Origin: Ostrea edulis
Taxonomy: Eukaryota
NCBI RefSeq assembly: GCF_947568905.1
Contig: NC_079170.1
Coordinates: forward strand, 79,112,001-79,176,000
DNA: 64,000 bases
Direction of reading: 5' to 3'
The position numbers and the translations under genes were made by a program. Of this stretch, positions 26,213 to 39,100 are shown in pieces. The notes under the pieces are model-generated. The model was not told where the DNA came from, did not search any database, and saw only the letters and a list, made by a program, of their open reading frames with translations. How positions within the stretch are numbered: position 1 is the stretch's first letter; each line of letters begins with the position of its first letter.

Positions 26213-27670
26213 TTTTAAATGGAACTTTTTCCTTGAGAATATTAATTTTTCATATGAACTTTTTTTCATTCTTCAACTCCATTATTTACTTGAAAACTTT
26301 TATACAAGAGATGATGATGTTAGGCTGATATTTTTAATATTCAAAATCAAGAAATGCTTTAAACATGCTAACATGCTGAAATTACTATGTTAATTTTTTT
26401 AATCAAAGAAATTAAAATCTTTGTCATTTATTTTTTTAATTTTCATTTATTTATTCAGTAGGTGTTTATCTGCCTTTTCTTGTTGTCTACTGGATGTTTT
26501 TGTGATAAAAAAAAAAGTGTTGGCAAGTATAAGAGTAACTTTTCCAACAAAATGCCAACAAAGGACCAGCAGTAAGAACATAAATGAACCATCAGTTAAA
26601 CATTGGCCCAACATTGAACCACCAAGTTGGTTTAATGTTGGACCAATGTTTGGGGCAGTGTCATGAATGAGATACCAACATTGGGCCAACGTTGGGTCAA
26701 TATTGGGCAAAACATCATACGAGGGGCCTATGTTGGGCCAATGTCAGATTCCCAACAGTCTAACGTTGGGCCAACATCAGGCCAATCTGTTGGTTGAACG
26801 TTGGGCCGATGAGCAAGATGGTGTTGGCCCAATGATAAATACTGACAATGGGCCAACGCAATATTCAACGTTGGGGTTGCGTTGGCCCAACGTCAGCTTG
26901 CTATCTGGGATAATCGTTTACGCACTGCGGAAACCATATGGGAAACCTCAACGTCAGGTTTCCGCAGGTTTCCATATGGTTTCAGTTTTGCGGAAACCAG
27001 CGTTTTCATCCAGTGGTTGTATGTTGACTTATATGATATGTAGCATTAGATGAATTAGATTAAAGCGAGTCATCGAACATTAATGATTACACAACAAAGA
27101 CACACGTTCAGCTCCATCATCATGGGTGATGTCTTAGATTTTTACAAAATCTTTATTTCATCAAAATTTATGCACGATAAAAATGTATTTTTGGAGAAAT
27201 TTTATTCACTGGGTATAAAAAAACAAGCAAACAATTTGATATTGAAAGGTCGCATAGGGTCTATTTAAAAAAACCAACATAATTATCTACATGCTACAAA
27301 AAATGTTGTCAAGGGCAATAACTCCTACGTCGATGTTTCTCTAATATATACAATGTCTATTTTTCAATGGTTTCCTAGATATCCAACATTAATTGATATA
27401 TATATAGTTATTTTTGAAGTAGCAATTTTGTTGTTGTCATTTTAACCAGTTTTGTGTGTTTTTTATGACGCTGTTTAATGAAAATATGCGATTTTCTGAT
27501 GCTAACGTCTACACTCTACATGTTTGTGAATACTAGTACATGTTGGACATACAGGCACCTGTGACATGGATCGTGCTCATTCCACATACACACACCCTCT
27601 CACACCTCATTTTGTTTGTTTTTTTAATTTTGGGATAGTCTTATTTGTTCTACTTATATTATGTAAATAT

Positions 27671-27776
27671 GCATTAAAGATCATCCAAAAATGTTATTTT
27701 TCGTCTCGATTGTCACGTGATTTTTACTAATACGTGACAGGGACAAAAAGTAACATTTTTGGATGATCTTTAATGC
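27671..27776. mobile_element. Small fold-back MITE, Kolobok-like ends
   Basis: 26-bp perfect arms GCATTAAAGATCATCCAAAAATGTTA / TAACATTTTTGGATGATCTTTAATGC; AG...CT termini lie inside TTAA. Confidence 0.6.
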
Positions 27777-30227
27777 TACAAAAAATAAGTTGGACAAAAT
27801 AGGTATATTCCAAAATCAGATAAAAATAAGGCGATAAGGCGTATGTGTGTGTTGGGGGGGGGGGGGGGGGGGGGGTATTGATCCATGTCCTAAGTGCTTT
27901 AAAATAGTGGCAACATATACATTTTCTTTGGTTATTGATTAAATCATCCTACATCAAGTGGATATCAATATAGTTTTTCTGCTTTCTACTTTTAATCTTG
28001 ATAAATCACCATACGGTGAAGCTGCCGAAAGAAATGTTTCCGGGGAGGGGGGGGGGGGGGGTAAACAGAGAGAAAGGTATACAGGCGGATCAAAATAATG
28101 CAGTGGATAAAAAATTATACAAAACAGCACTAAATTCCAACAACACCCGATACTTAGAAGTGTCGGATCCACATAGTAGATACAAGGTTAAATTTGAAAC
28201 AAAAAACATTTTACATAAAGCACTAAACTGAACAACGACACGAGCAACTAGATAAATCGTGGGGACGATATGTCACATCTTAAGGACAAACGAAAACGTT
28301 TTTAGAATAAGAATACAAACATGATTGAAATGAATGGCCGGGCGAATACAGATAGCCAACTAGATCAAGGTTGGTGCCGAATTTTAAATTGACAATTAAT
28401 GTGTTTCTTTCTTTGTTGTTGCAGAAAAGGCATCTCCGTATGAAATATTGGAACAGTGTGTTGTTTACATGTATGCAAATACCGTTTATGTAGACATCCT
28501 TCGTCCAGACATCATGCAGCACTGGAGGAACCACGGGTATAGACCGGACATTCTATGGATATTGCATACCATGTAGTGAAATGTTTCATACCAGCGTACT
28601 GCACAGCAATACAGAATATTGGATTTTCTGGGGGAGGGGGGGGGGGGGACTCTTTCATGATAGAAGTTAAAGTATATACAAAAATGATGCGTCACTTCGT
28701 CCATTGTTTACAAATTAGGGATCGTTTATGATGCAAATATTTTTTGTCTGATTTAAAGATTAATTTTCTTAAACAAATATCAGAGTTCCAAAACATTAGG
28801 ATTTCTGGTGTTTGGTGATGGAGGGCAACATACACATACTCACACAAAATCAGAATACCAGGTACATCGCCCATATTTAGTAATCGGGAATTCTGGGGCA
28901 TATATAGTTTGTGTTCTTTCGACTGTAAGTTAGTCTGTTTACCTGTTTGTCCAAAAATTTGCCAGAACTTTTTAATGGCTTACGGTAGGGCTTTATTATT
29001 TTACATATTTGTATTTCTGGCGACAGGACCTTTCTTTTGAGTACTAAAATTGTTGACCTTGTGATTTCACCTTGGCGTTTGACTTATAACATGTACATCG
29101 TACTTTCGAAAGTCATCCCTGGTCCTAATATTCGAGTATTTAGTGATGGGGCTTTCATATTTCACATCTCTTAACGAAACATTTTTAACCTCATGACCTT
29201 GGAATTTGGCAAACTTTTGAAAAACTTTTAACCTTGGTTATAAATTTTGAATGGTTAGTGATACAATGTAAGGTTTCCATATTTCAAATGTATATATTTC
29301 TTTTCACACGCGCTTTCATGTAGTACCATGTTTATTTGGCTGTCATGCGGGGGCATCAGTGTTTCTTGAACACATCTTGTTTTTGTTTTTGATTTGCTCG
29401 AGTTATTAGAACGCGGGACCAGCACCAATCTCACCATTTGAAAAGTTGCACACGTTAACGCAGAAAACGGGATGTATTATAGAAATACTAAATATTAAAA
29501 CCGCAACGGAATCGGAGACGAAATAATGATTTCAATATAACAATTCCGTCTTCAGTGAGTAGTTCAACCTAATACATCCTAGGCTTGAAGTGATAAAGTT
29601 TAGGATATCAACATATTTTAGGAAGCAAATACGCTGATAACCCTTCGTGTTGTCTGAGATAAAATATCACGACAAGATCATCCTATAATATATCTTACCA
29701 TCATAGCGCCATCTACCGTGTTTAAGTAGTCATTACGTACACCAATCACATTTTTAGTAAGTATTTGCTGCTGAAACATTTCGAAATATACAGGAAACTT
29801 GACCGATGTAGACTAATACACGCAAATATTTTACGTCGGATAATATAGATTGGGAGGTTGTTTGCACAACGTAAAAGAATATGGAAGTTCGAAATGCACA
29901 GTGTCGTGGGTATATAAATTGTAAAGTAACTTGATACAAGTAGTTGGATCTTGTCTCTTTGACAGGCGCGGATCGTTATATCATGACGAGGCAATTCACA
30001 TTTTATCTTATGATCCGCACCTTTCAACAAGACGTGCTCACATACTATTTGGATCACGTTACTGTAGCAGTAAGTTTTGACAACGGGAACACGAGAATAT
30101 ATAATAAAACCAACACCTTTGAAGAAAGGAACATTGAAATTCACAAGCACGGAAAGTTGTTGAAAATTTATGAAATCTTTCAAGCTTCATATATTATAAA
30201 ATTTGTGATATAAATGTAAGCACAAAC

Positions 30228-30488
30228 TGATGGATTGATTGAATATTGTTTAACGTCTCGCTCGAGAATTTTCATTCATATGGAAACGTCATAATTGCCG
30301 GTGGAGGGCTGCAAAATTTAGGCCTATACTCTGCGCTTACGGTCTTTGGGCATCTTCATCGTGCCACACCTGCTGTGACACGGGGTCTCGTTTTCTGCGG
30401 TCTCATCCGAAGGACCGCCCCATTTAGTCGCCTCTTACGACAAGCAAGGGGTACTGAGGAACTATTCTAACCCGGATCCCCACGGGAT
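30228..30488 (-). mobile_element. SINE with (AATC)n tail, resembling bivalve Meta-domain SINEs
   Basis: On -: CCCGTGGGGATCCGGGTTAGAATAG...CCCCGTGTCACAGCAGGTGTGGCACGATGAAGA...GAGACGTTAAACAATATTCAATCAATCCATCA. A partial head copy recurs at 63940-64000. Confidence 0.6.
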
Positions 30489-30875
30489 AAGTACGACATG
30501 GTTTTCCATTGACATCTGCGGTACTATATAACAACACTATTATGCACTGCAGACAATGTTCATACAGCACAAACAGACTTTACTTAAATTGTCTCTATAC
30601 CCCTTCCGTGTAATCATACAATAGATGCTGGAAAATTGTCATTATTTTGCAAGGTATCCTTCTCGCTGCTTGGATACAAACATTCGGAGTAACTTTAGTC
30701 GCGATTTAGATATATGAAACGAATAACAAATACCCAATTGTATGAGGAGTTTAAACAGGTATACTTGCTTTTGTTCCATGACCAAAGGATTGCAATGCAT
30801 ACTCTATAAAACAACTGTGGATTTGGGTTTGCATGAAGACAATTTCAGACAGTCTGCTCTTGACAAGTGGTGAAA

Positions 30876-30932
30876 ATGGACGGTCTTGACTTGATCAATC
30901 GTGACCCCAACAACATCAACGACCATCTCAAG
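30876..30932 (+). CDS. CAV: Extra caveolin first coding exon (E-1a), MDGLDLINRDPNNINDHLK; probable alternative first exon of gene E, join(30876..30932,39060..39392) = 129 aa
   Basis: Intact ATG, PIN motif and phase-0 donor AAG|GTAGGC; acceptor-like AATTTCAG ends at 30848. No caveolin exon 2 was seen between here and 34770. Confidence 0.8.
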
Positions 30933-32384
30933 GTAGGCTGAATTCCATTAATTATATAACAGAGACTTCATAAATATACACTTGTATCGACTAATTCCAG
31001 AACAAAATAAATTTCTGAACTGAAATGAATATTTTGTCACAGTGTTGAGAATCCGTACGAAAAAAAAAACCAAAAAACAAAAAACAAACATTTTGGCTAC
31101 GAAATGAAATGGAGTTATCTTTCTTTTACAATTTTTTACAGAAGAAATTTTCTGTCTGGCAAATATGTAATACTCCACAGATAATTTATTTGTACCAGTA
31201 GATTAAGAGCAAAATTAACTAGCATTTCATGGAAAGAGGAAAAATGTTTTCCAAAACCTGTTGACATATAACTGATTTTATCGTTTATTATTATTTATTT
31301 TATTTACTTATATATTATTTACTTAAGGAAGTTAGCTTACGAAATTTTGAGCACAACTGTGCAGAATACTGTAAGTAAATATTTACTGGTTCAATACTGA
31401 TTCCACTGGTGCAAACATATTACACATGAACCTTATCCAGTTGACAAAAAATGTGTCAATTCAAATTTTGAAAGGGTTTGGTAAGGACTATATTTTGTGA
31501 TGGAGGGATTGATTAATCCAAAAGTTCTAAATCTGCATGATATTACAGTTTCTTTTTCATCCAATATATCTTCAATCTTTATACTCCTATACGTGTATTT
31601 CAGTTTTATGATTTATGATACTAGTAGTTGAGACTTGGAACTACAGGTAGTTCAAATGTTGTAATGCATCAAATTTGGTTGATATATTTTTCCATACAGA
31701 ACACCGATTCTTAAAAAAATTAATTAATTTACTCGAAATTTTGTATAAAAATTCAGTATTTTTACCAATGATTTAAAAATTGGATCTCCAAACCCCCACT
31801 CTTTTAATTCCAGTTTGATTTTAGGACAAGACCTTGAAAAGTATGTGAAAGTTTAGAAATTGACATTACTCCTAATATGTCCCTTTAAACTCTCAAATTT
31901 TATATCATGATTTTTTCCCCGCATATTATCAAATTCAAAAAGTTCCTTATCTTTGTTTCCATTACTTGTATATTTCCTCTAATTGAATATGATATGGTAT
32001 TTTATCTACCTGATTTAGTTTCAGAATGATTTTACCCATTTTTAAAAAATAACAAATACTTTATATTTCTGGGGTAAGTGTTGATTTGCTATGACAACGG
32101 ATAAAAATATAGATTTTAACACTTATTGATTTTCATAAATAGCAGAAGTTTATCACCATGTAATAAAAATTTACAACCTCCCCTGGAAAATAAAAACCGT
32201 ATTCCTGTTAGTGGCCATATATATCTACATTTATACTTACTTGTTAAGGATAACACATACTTTCAATCTGTATAATGTACATGTATATGCTATTTCTAAA
32301 AGAAAGAACGAGTACATGTAATAGCTGAATTTGCCGGAAATTAAACCATTACATGCAATTCATGATATATGTAGATATATCAAA

Positions 32385-32700
32385 AAGGGGCAAATTCATT
32401 ATCAACATGGTTATATTTAAGGGGCAAATTCAAGTATGCATTTAAGCGGCAAATTCAAGTATGCGTTTAAGGAGCAAATTCATTATCAACATGCTTATAT
32501 TTAAAGGGCAAATTCAAGTATGCATTTAAGGGGCAAATTCATTATCAACATGCTTATATTTAAGGGGCAAATGCAAGTATGAATTTAAGGGGCAAATTCA
32601 TTATCACCATGCTTATATTTAAGGGACAAATTCAAGTATGCATTTAAGAGGCAAATTCATTATCAACATGTATACATTGAAGATACAGGTAATTTATCAT
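32385..32700. repeat. Minisatellite alternating 34-bp and 25-bp AAGGGGCAAATTCA-units, degenerating to ~33090
   Basis: AAGGGGCAAATTCATTATCAACATGCTTATATTT alternates with AAGGGGCAAATTCAAGTATGCATTT. Confidence 0.85.
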
Positions 32701-33142
32701 CATGTGCAATTTCAAGGAGAGGCAGTTTATCAAACAAGGATGATACATGTATGTATTTTAGGGACAATCAATATATCAAACATGTATACATTTAAAGGGC
32801 AAATAATCTGATTGTTCCGGTCATATATTTAAGGGCCAGCTTTGTTACAAACATGCATATATTTAAAGGCCAGATTTGCTACCAACAGGCATACATTTAT
32901 TAGGCATAAAACAATATGCATTTGGTGGGAGATGTAATTTATAAATATACACGTATTGAATGGACAAGTTAGGTATCAAAATGCCTGACTGACGGAACAG
33001 GTTCTTTATCAACATACGTGCATTCATATAACGGGTTGATTATCAACATGCGTGCATTCATATAACGGGTTGATTATCAACATGTCCTTATCAAAGGGGC
33101 AGTGAAAGTGTTACATGTCACCAATTGAGATCAAATCAAGAA

Positions 33143-33250
33143 ATGAAAAGGTGAAGATAAGGAACAGTGATCAATCTCATTACTCCTATAAGGAGTACAA
33201 ATGAGAGAGTTAGGCAAACATGGACCTCTGGACACACCAGAGGTGGGATC
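33143..33250 (-). mobile_element. Penelope-like element extreme 3' end fragment
   Basis: GAAAAGGTGAAGATAAGGAACAGTGATCAATCTCAT...GGCAAACATGGACCTCTGGACACACCAGAGGTGGGATC is the reverse complement of 35262-35362. Confidence 0.65.
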
Positions 33251-34769
33251 TAACTTCAAATAAATGTTATGGATTTAAGTCAAAGACGTATTATTAGATA
33301 ACATTAGCGGGATTTTCTTTTTGAAACAAAAATGTCGACTTCGTTAATTGAAATGTTAATTGAAATGTTCCGTTCCGCTTTATGATGCATGGCTACAAAC
33401 AAACAAATGTATTTTATTTCCATTACGTTGATTATTTGCCATACTATGCAATAAATTAAATGGAAGTTAGGTACTTGCTAAATCTGGTGTGTCAAAAAGA
33501 ACAATCCGTCTTTGTTGTTGTGCATGGTTAATTAAATTTCGACATAGTCAGATTTACTCATGTTATCCCTGGAGTCTACCCATGGTATCCATACAAATTT
33601 TTCTTGCTGACGATGTTGATGAGTTTTCTTATATCCCGAGGAAATTACCGATTGAATGATCATTTTGTTAGGTGTTTTCCAATAATCACTTTTTATAAAT
33701 AAAAAAGGTATTGGTCGCTATACAACGCACGTGAACTCGAACGTTTGTGTCCACGTGGACATCAGATGAGGTACTTTTTCTTTAGAAAAATCGACCTCTT
33801 TGTCCGTGGTACCCCGCTTCTGTAAATGTATACTATACTACACTGGTCAGTATTATCGTGCTAGTACTATGGTACCCTGCTTTTCTAAATGTATAATATA
33901 CTACACCAGTTTTACCACACTGGCACCGCGTGCGCAGCAGGATGGACCCTGAAGATGAAATTTGTGAATTTCAAAAGATTCTATTGGAAATCAATGTCAC
34001 TCTTCGTTTCGCTTTTTTGTGAGTTAGATGATTAATGCTGGTAGATTATATCAAAATATAAAAATGTACCAAAGATTTGTTTGTGTGTGTTCATCTAGGT
34101 ACTGTCAAAAGATCAACAACAAATTTAAAATATAAAGATAAAAAAGGCCAAAAACAATAATAAAAAGCGGTAAAAAAAAAATATGAATAGATAAACACAC
34201 AACTTTTCAACACAAATACAAATAAAACTGTGTAGATTTACATAAACAAGAATTCAAAGAGGTCCAATACAACTCTACGTGCTGGTTATTTTCAAATGTG
34301 TAGCATGGTGCATATCCGGTATTCTGTGTTTACATTATGTTTAAATTCTATACACTGAAAATTAAAAGCAGTCCAAGATAATACTCGTATATATAAAATT
34401 GTCATCGTATAAACTTCATCACGAACCGCTGATTTCTAACAAGAAACGGTTGTCAATCAAATCATCTCTTTTTTAAACGTCTTAACGACCATATAATTTA
34501 AATACCATAACTGAATAAAACTGCAGTTGTTGGCGAGATAACCCCATCATATCAATTTAAATACAATGGTTACACGGTCTGCTATTGTTTCTTTTGAAGA
34601 CTTTTTTGACAATGAATTAATTATTTTAGTTAATGTTTTGTTTATCGCTAATGATCACCCTGTGTCTAATTTGTATAAGCTAACAACTTCATTAAGAAAT
34701 CGCCGCAGTCTCCGCGCGCCTTCGGACCAAACCGCCATTTAAGTTTACTTCTTTGCTCAAAGTTCAAAC

Positions 34770-36087
34770 ATGGACTTCAACCAATTAGATATGGAAAACC
34801 GGGATCCCAATGGGATTAACGACCACTTGAAGGTAAATGAATCTCTGTATTTCGAAGGTAAATAAATCGCTGTATTTTGTATTTGGATTGAGACTGGTTA
34901 TAATTACGGAATTTGCACGTGGAAAATATCGGTTCCAAACTATACGTATGCGTTATATACTGGGTATAGTCAGTTTTTAAATCGAGGTAAGCTACTGACA
35001 AACAAGTTGATGGTACAGGGATTTCAACAGTCTCGATTGAAGTCAGCATTTTGCAAAATATATGGTCGTTATAACGATCTAGTTCGTCAATACAACCTCG
35101 CATTGGGTCAAATGCTGTCTGACGTGTTTCATACCGATTGTTAAGCCGTTCTTGGCACACTGATTTTGACTGCGGATAACTCCGTTTACCTGATCAGGAT
35201 ATGGGGCTCACGGCGGGTGTGACCGGTCAACAGGGGATGCTTACTCCTCCTAGGCACCTGATCCCGCCTCTGGTGTGTCCAGAGGTCCGTGTTTGCCCAA
35301 CTATCTATTTTGTATTGCTTGTAGGAGTTATGAGATTGATCACTGTTCGTTATCTTCACCTTGCATACTAAATAAATGATTTTTAGATCTCCAATTAAAA
35401 TGTGTGCGATTAATTTTGCATTTTCTGAAAACAAAGGAAAGAAAAGTAATTAGCCCGATATATAGATTGCTGATAACATGACGGGCAATGGTCCACCAAA
35501 TCATTGTCAAAAAACTTTCAGATGTGGGTTGTTTTTTTTGTTTTTGTTTTTTTATCATTAATTATTATTATTTTTCTTTTGATATAAATATATTTGAATA
35601 TATTGTTTTATTATCTATCCATTGTATAAGATCCAACAAGTCATTATTTTTTATGTACATTGTAGTACAGTGAATATATATCGCAAAATCGTAATTTTTA
35701 AACAAATCAAACTTGTACCCCTTGGCTATATAAGATATTAGTAATTAACAAAATATTCTTAATGCTTTTCGTAAGATTTTCATTTTGTAAAACACAGAGT
35801 TGTCTACCTTTAATGTAACTAAAACAGAACAGAACCTTTATCTCGCATGCGCAAGAACCGCCCTACAAATCACACCTGAATTATTTCTTAATGCTCAAGT
35901 ATTACAAAAGTGTTTTAAAAATGTATATGTATAATTGGAATATGAAATGCATATCCAATAAAAATAATCATATATCCTAAAATCAATAGAACTGTGACAA
36001 TGTTCCTTTATGTAAGTAAGGTGCAATGACAATGAACTTTATTTTCATTGTATACAAGAAGCCATGTAGAGAATATAATATGATATA

Positions 36088-36147
<60 letters not shown>

Positions 36148-39100
36148 GGGTGAATCAATATATCGATATATCGAAATATACCGGTATACGCCTGTCCAGC
36201 GATATACGATACGGTGTTTCGACGATACGATACGATATAATGTCGGGTTTAAAAATAGCCCTTTTAATAGTCGGGATCGAAGTTCATAATTTAAAAATGG
36301 CTTCTAACAGGAACACGATTCCTCAGACTTTAATACCCGCTTTTACATTGTGACATCAGAGATTCCTCAGACTTTAATACCCGCTTTAACATTGTGACAC
36401 ATCAGAGATTCCTCAGACTTTAATACCCGCTTTAACATTGTGACACATCGGAGATTTCTCAGACTTTAATCCCCGCTTTTACATTGTGACATTGGAGTTT
36501 CCTCAGACTTTAATTGTCATTGTTTGTTTTGTTATGAAATAAAAGATATTAAAAACCACTTCATTTTTTTAAATTTTGATATTTTACTTCAGAAAATGCT
36601 TAACTACATTGTATATCCAATATATCGGATATCGCATCAGAAAATATTGTATCGTATCGTATCGGAAAATCTTGAGCAATACACACCCCTAATATATATA
36701 TGCACAGACGTATACAACATATGTAAAATTATAGAAAATATTACATTCATGCATCAACACAGAGAGCATCTTCACAAGTCAAGGGTTATTGATTCGTGCG
36801 AGGTAACGAATCAATAACCCTTGACTTGTGAGGATGCACAGAGAGCTAACTCGCTCACTTTCAGTAATCTAATAATTTTAAATGACCCTTGTTTTGTTAC
36901 ATTAAAAGGTGTTTCAAATTTTAAAACATTTGGATTTATTGATAGCATTTTGGTAAATATATGATTCTTGAATATTTTATAGGAACATTTGCACATTCAA
37001 ACAGATGATGAAATTCTTCCCTAATTTCATAAAAAGTACAAAATCTAAAAATTCTCTTACCATATCAAAAAATCCCCTCTCTCTCTATTGGGAAATTCTT
37101 TATCCTCGGTTCTAAAACTACAATATCCCTTGGATAATTGCCAAATTAATTGAATTGATAATTATGTTTCAAATGCATTGTGCAATTGTAGTATATATAG
37201 AAGAGAGGAGGTAATCTTTGGCTGGAATGGGAATCGAACGCTGGAGCCTTGCATTACTAGTCAGGTGCTCTAGCCACCGAGCTAACCAGTCCAATATACA
37301 CAGTCCGTATAGCCTTAACTACTAGACAAGTATACAATACTCCCTCCTTAATTTGTCTTCGCCCTCGAAGACACACACACCCCAGATTATTTTCGCCCCT
37401 GGCAGGACAAGTTGCATGCAGGTGTGGTCAACAGCACCAAATCTAGTATATAGGAGACAGGAGAAAATCTTTGGCTGAACCGGGAATCGAACCCGGGACC
37501 CCTATATTACTAATCAGGTGGTCTAACCACTGAGTTATCCAGTCCGATATCCACGGTCTGTATTGACCTAACTACTACACAAACATACACTCTCTGTTTA
37601 TCCAATAATGGTCGTTTGTTCCAAAATATTTTACCTTCAATCCTAGTCCAGAGTACGTGGCACATGCATCTAGTGTAGACAACAGTTTCATCATATATCC
37701 GAGATACAGACGTGTTCTAAGTTTACAAAAATACATTGGAATATCAATTATATCAGTTTTACCGAAGGGGGGGGGGCAATCTCTACCCAGAGTTATCGTT
37801 CCTTACACTCACTTACACCTCTGTAAACGTCTCAAGGGTTTTACAAGATTTTTGTAAAATGGCACGTATGCTCAAATAAAGTATGGTTTTGACTTCAGTT
37901 ACAAAAATATACGTAAATAAATAAATATTGAGCAGATGTCAAGTCTTTTTGTGACACAAGAAGCATTGATTTGGGTTGAAACGTAGATATTGGGTAGTTC
38001 TATTGCACCAGGCCTATAGATAGGTACATGAAGAATATATAGTAATGGAAAAAAATATACAAATAGTTGCTTGTCCTACATTTTCCAGATATTTTATAAA
38101 ATAGTTCTTAGTTTTATTAGCCGCAAAAAAGTGGATTTACATGTGGAATAAAATTGTTTATTTTGAGACGTTAACAGAGGTGTAAGTGAGAGCAAGGAAC
38201 GACAACTCTGGGTAGAGATTGGGGGGGGGGGGGGGGGGGGGGGGAAGGGGGGAGTCTGTTCGGGAGACTATATCACATTTACTAATTCTTTTAAAAATGA
38301 ATAGTTCCCCGCTGAATCTCTATACATTGTATTATTTGTTTTCAGGTGCGTATGAATGGATCCTGTTTTTGGACGATTGTCGTTCGGTTTATTTTTGCCC
38401 AATCAAAACAAGTGTAATAAATAACATTGAATTTGTACATATGCACAGGAATTTGGAGAATCCACTCTCAATGGTCAGCAGAATTATTACCCCATTACCA
38501 TTATAAGTTATTTTAGAATTTCGTCATGATATAATGATTCTGATTAGATATCTTTTACTGCGTTTTGAAATATAGGATTAAACATTCTTCTTGAGGAATT
38601 TATCGATGTGTAAACTCCGGACATTTGTGCACTTTTATGTTAAGTTTGTGAGTAAAATGTCTTGAGTTTACACATCAATAAATTTTTCAATAAGAATGTT
38701 TGATTCTTATAATTCCAATTCATTCACAGTATTAATTAACAATTTTTAAAAATGTTAATAGTTTGCCTGCACTACGGTATTTGTTTTCATGTGCGTATGA
38801 ATACATCGCGTTTTCAAATTTATTAACGTGTAAACTCTCGTTCAGCTTTATTTTTGTCCAATCAAAACAATTACAATAAATAACATTAGAATTATTTTGA
38901 TTTAGATATAGATGTGAAGTTTTCATGACATCTCTCTCCATACGTCATCATACAGTGACGTCATACGTCATCATACAGTGCTTCATACATCATCAGACAG
39001 TGGCTTTCATTGCGATGGGTTTTAATCAACCTGATAAAGTATACTTTTTAAAATTGTAGACGGGGTTTGATGACGTCTTGGCGGAAACCGATGGCACCCA

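Larger units (their letters stand above)
23281..26909 (+). mobile_element. Internally deleted EnSpm/CACTA (CMC) DNA transposon, 3.6 kb
   Basis: TIRs CCCAGATAGCAAG / CTTGCTATCTGGG; 3-bp TSD ATA (23278-23280 and 26910-26912); many subterminal GTTGGCCCAAC repeats in both orientations; internal transposase-like fragments. Confidence 0.85.

Noticed and set aside
29746-30213. Overlapping 145-aa (-) and 89-aa (+) ORFs with a possible acceptor near 29965
   Set aside because: No recognisable domain, no partner exons and no caveolin similarity; not supportable without a homology search.
37219-37545. Functional tRNA-Thr genes
   Set aside because: Acceptor and anticodon stems are imperfect, the two copies differ in the anticodon loop, and the flanks are co-duplicated, which fits SINE heads.
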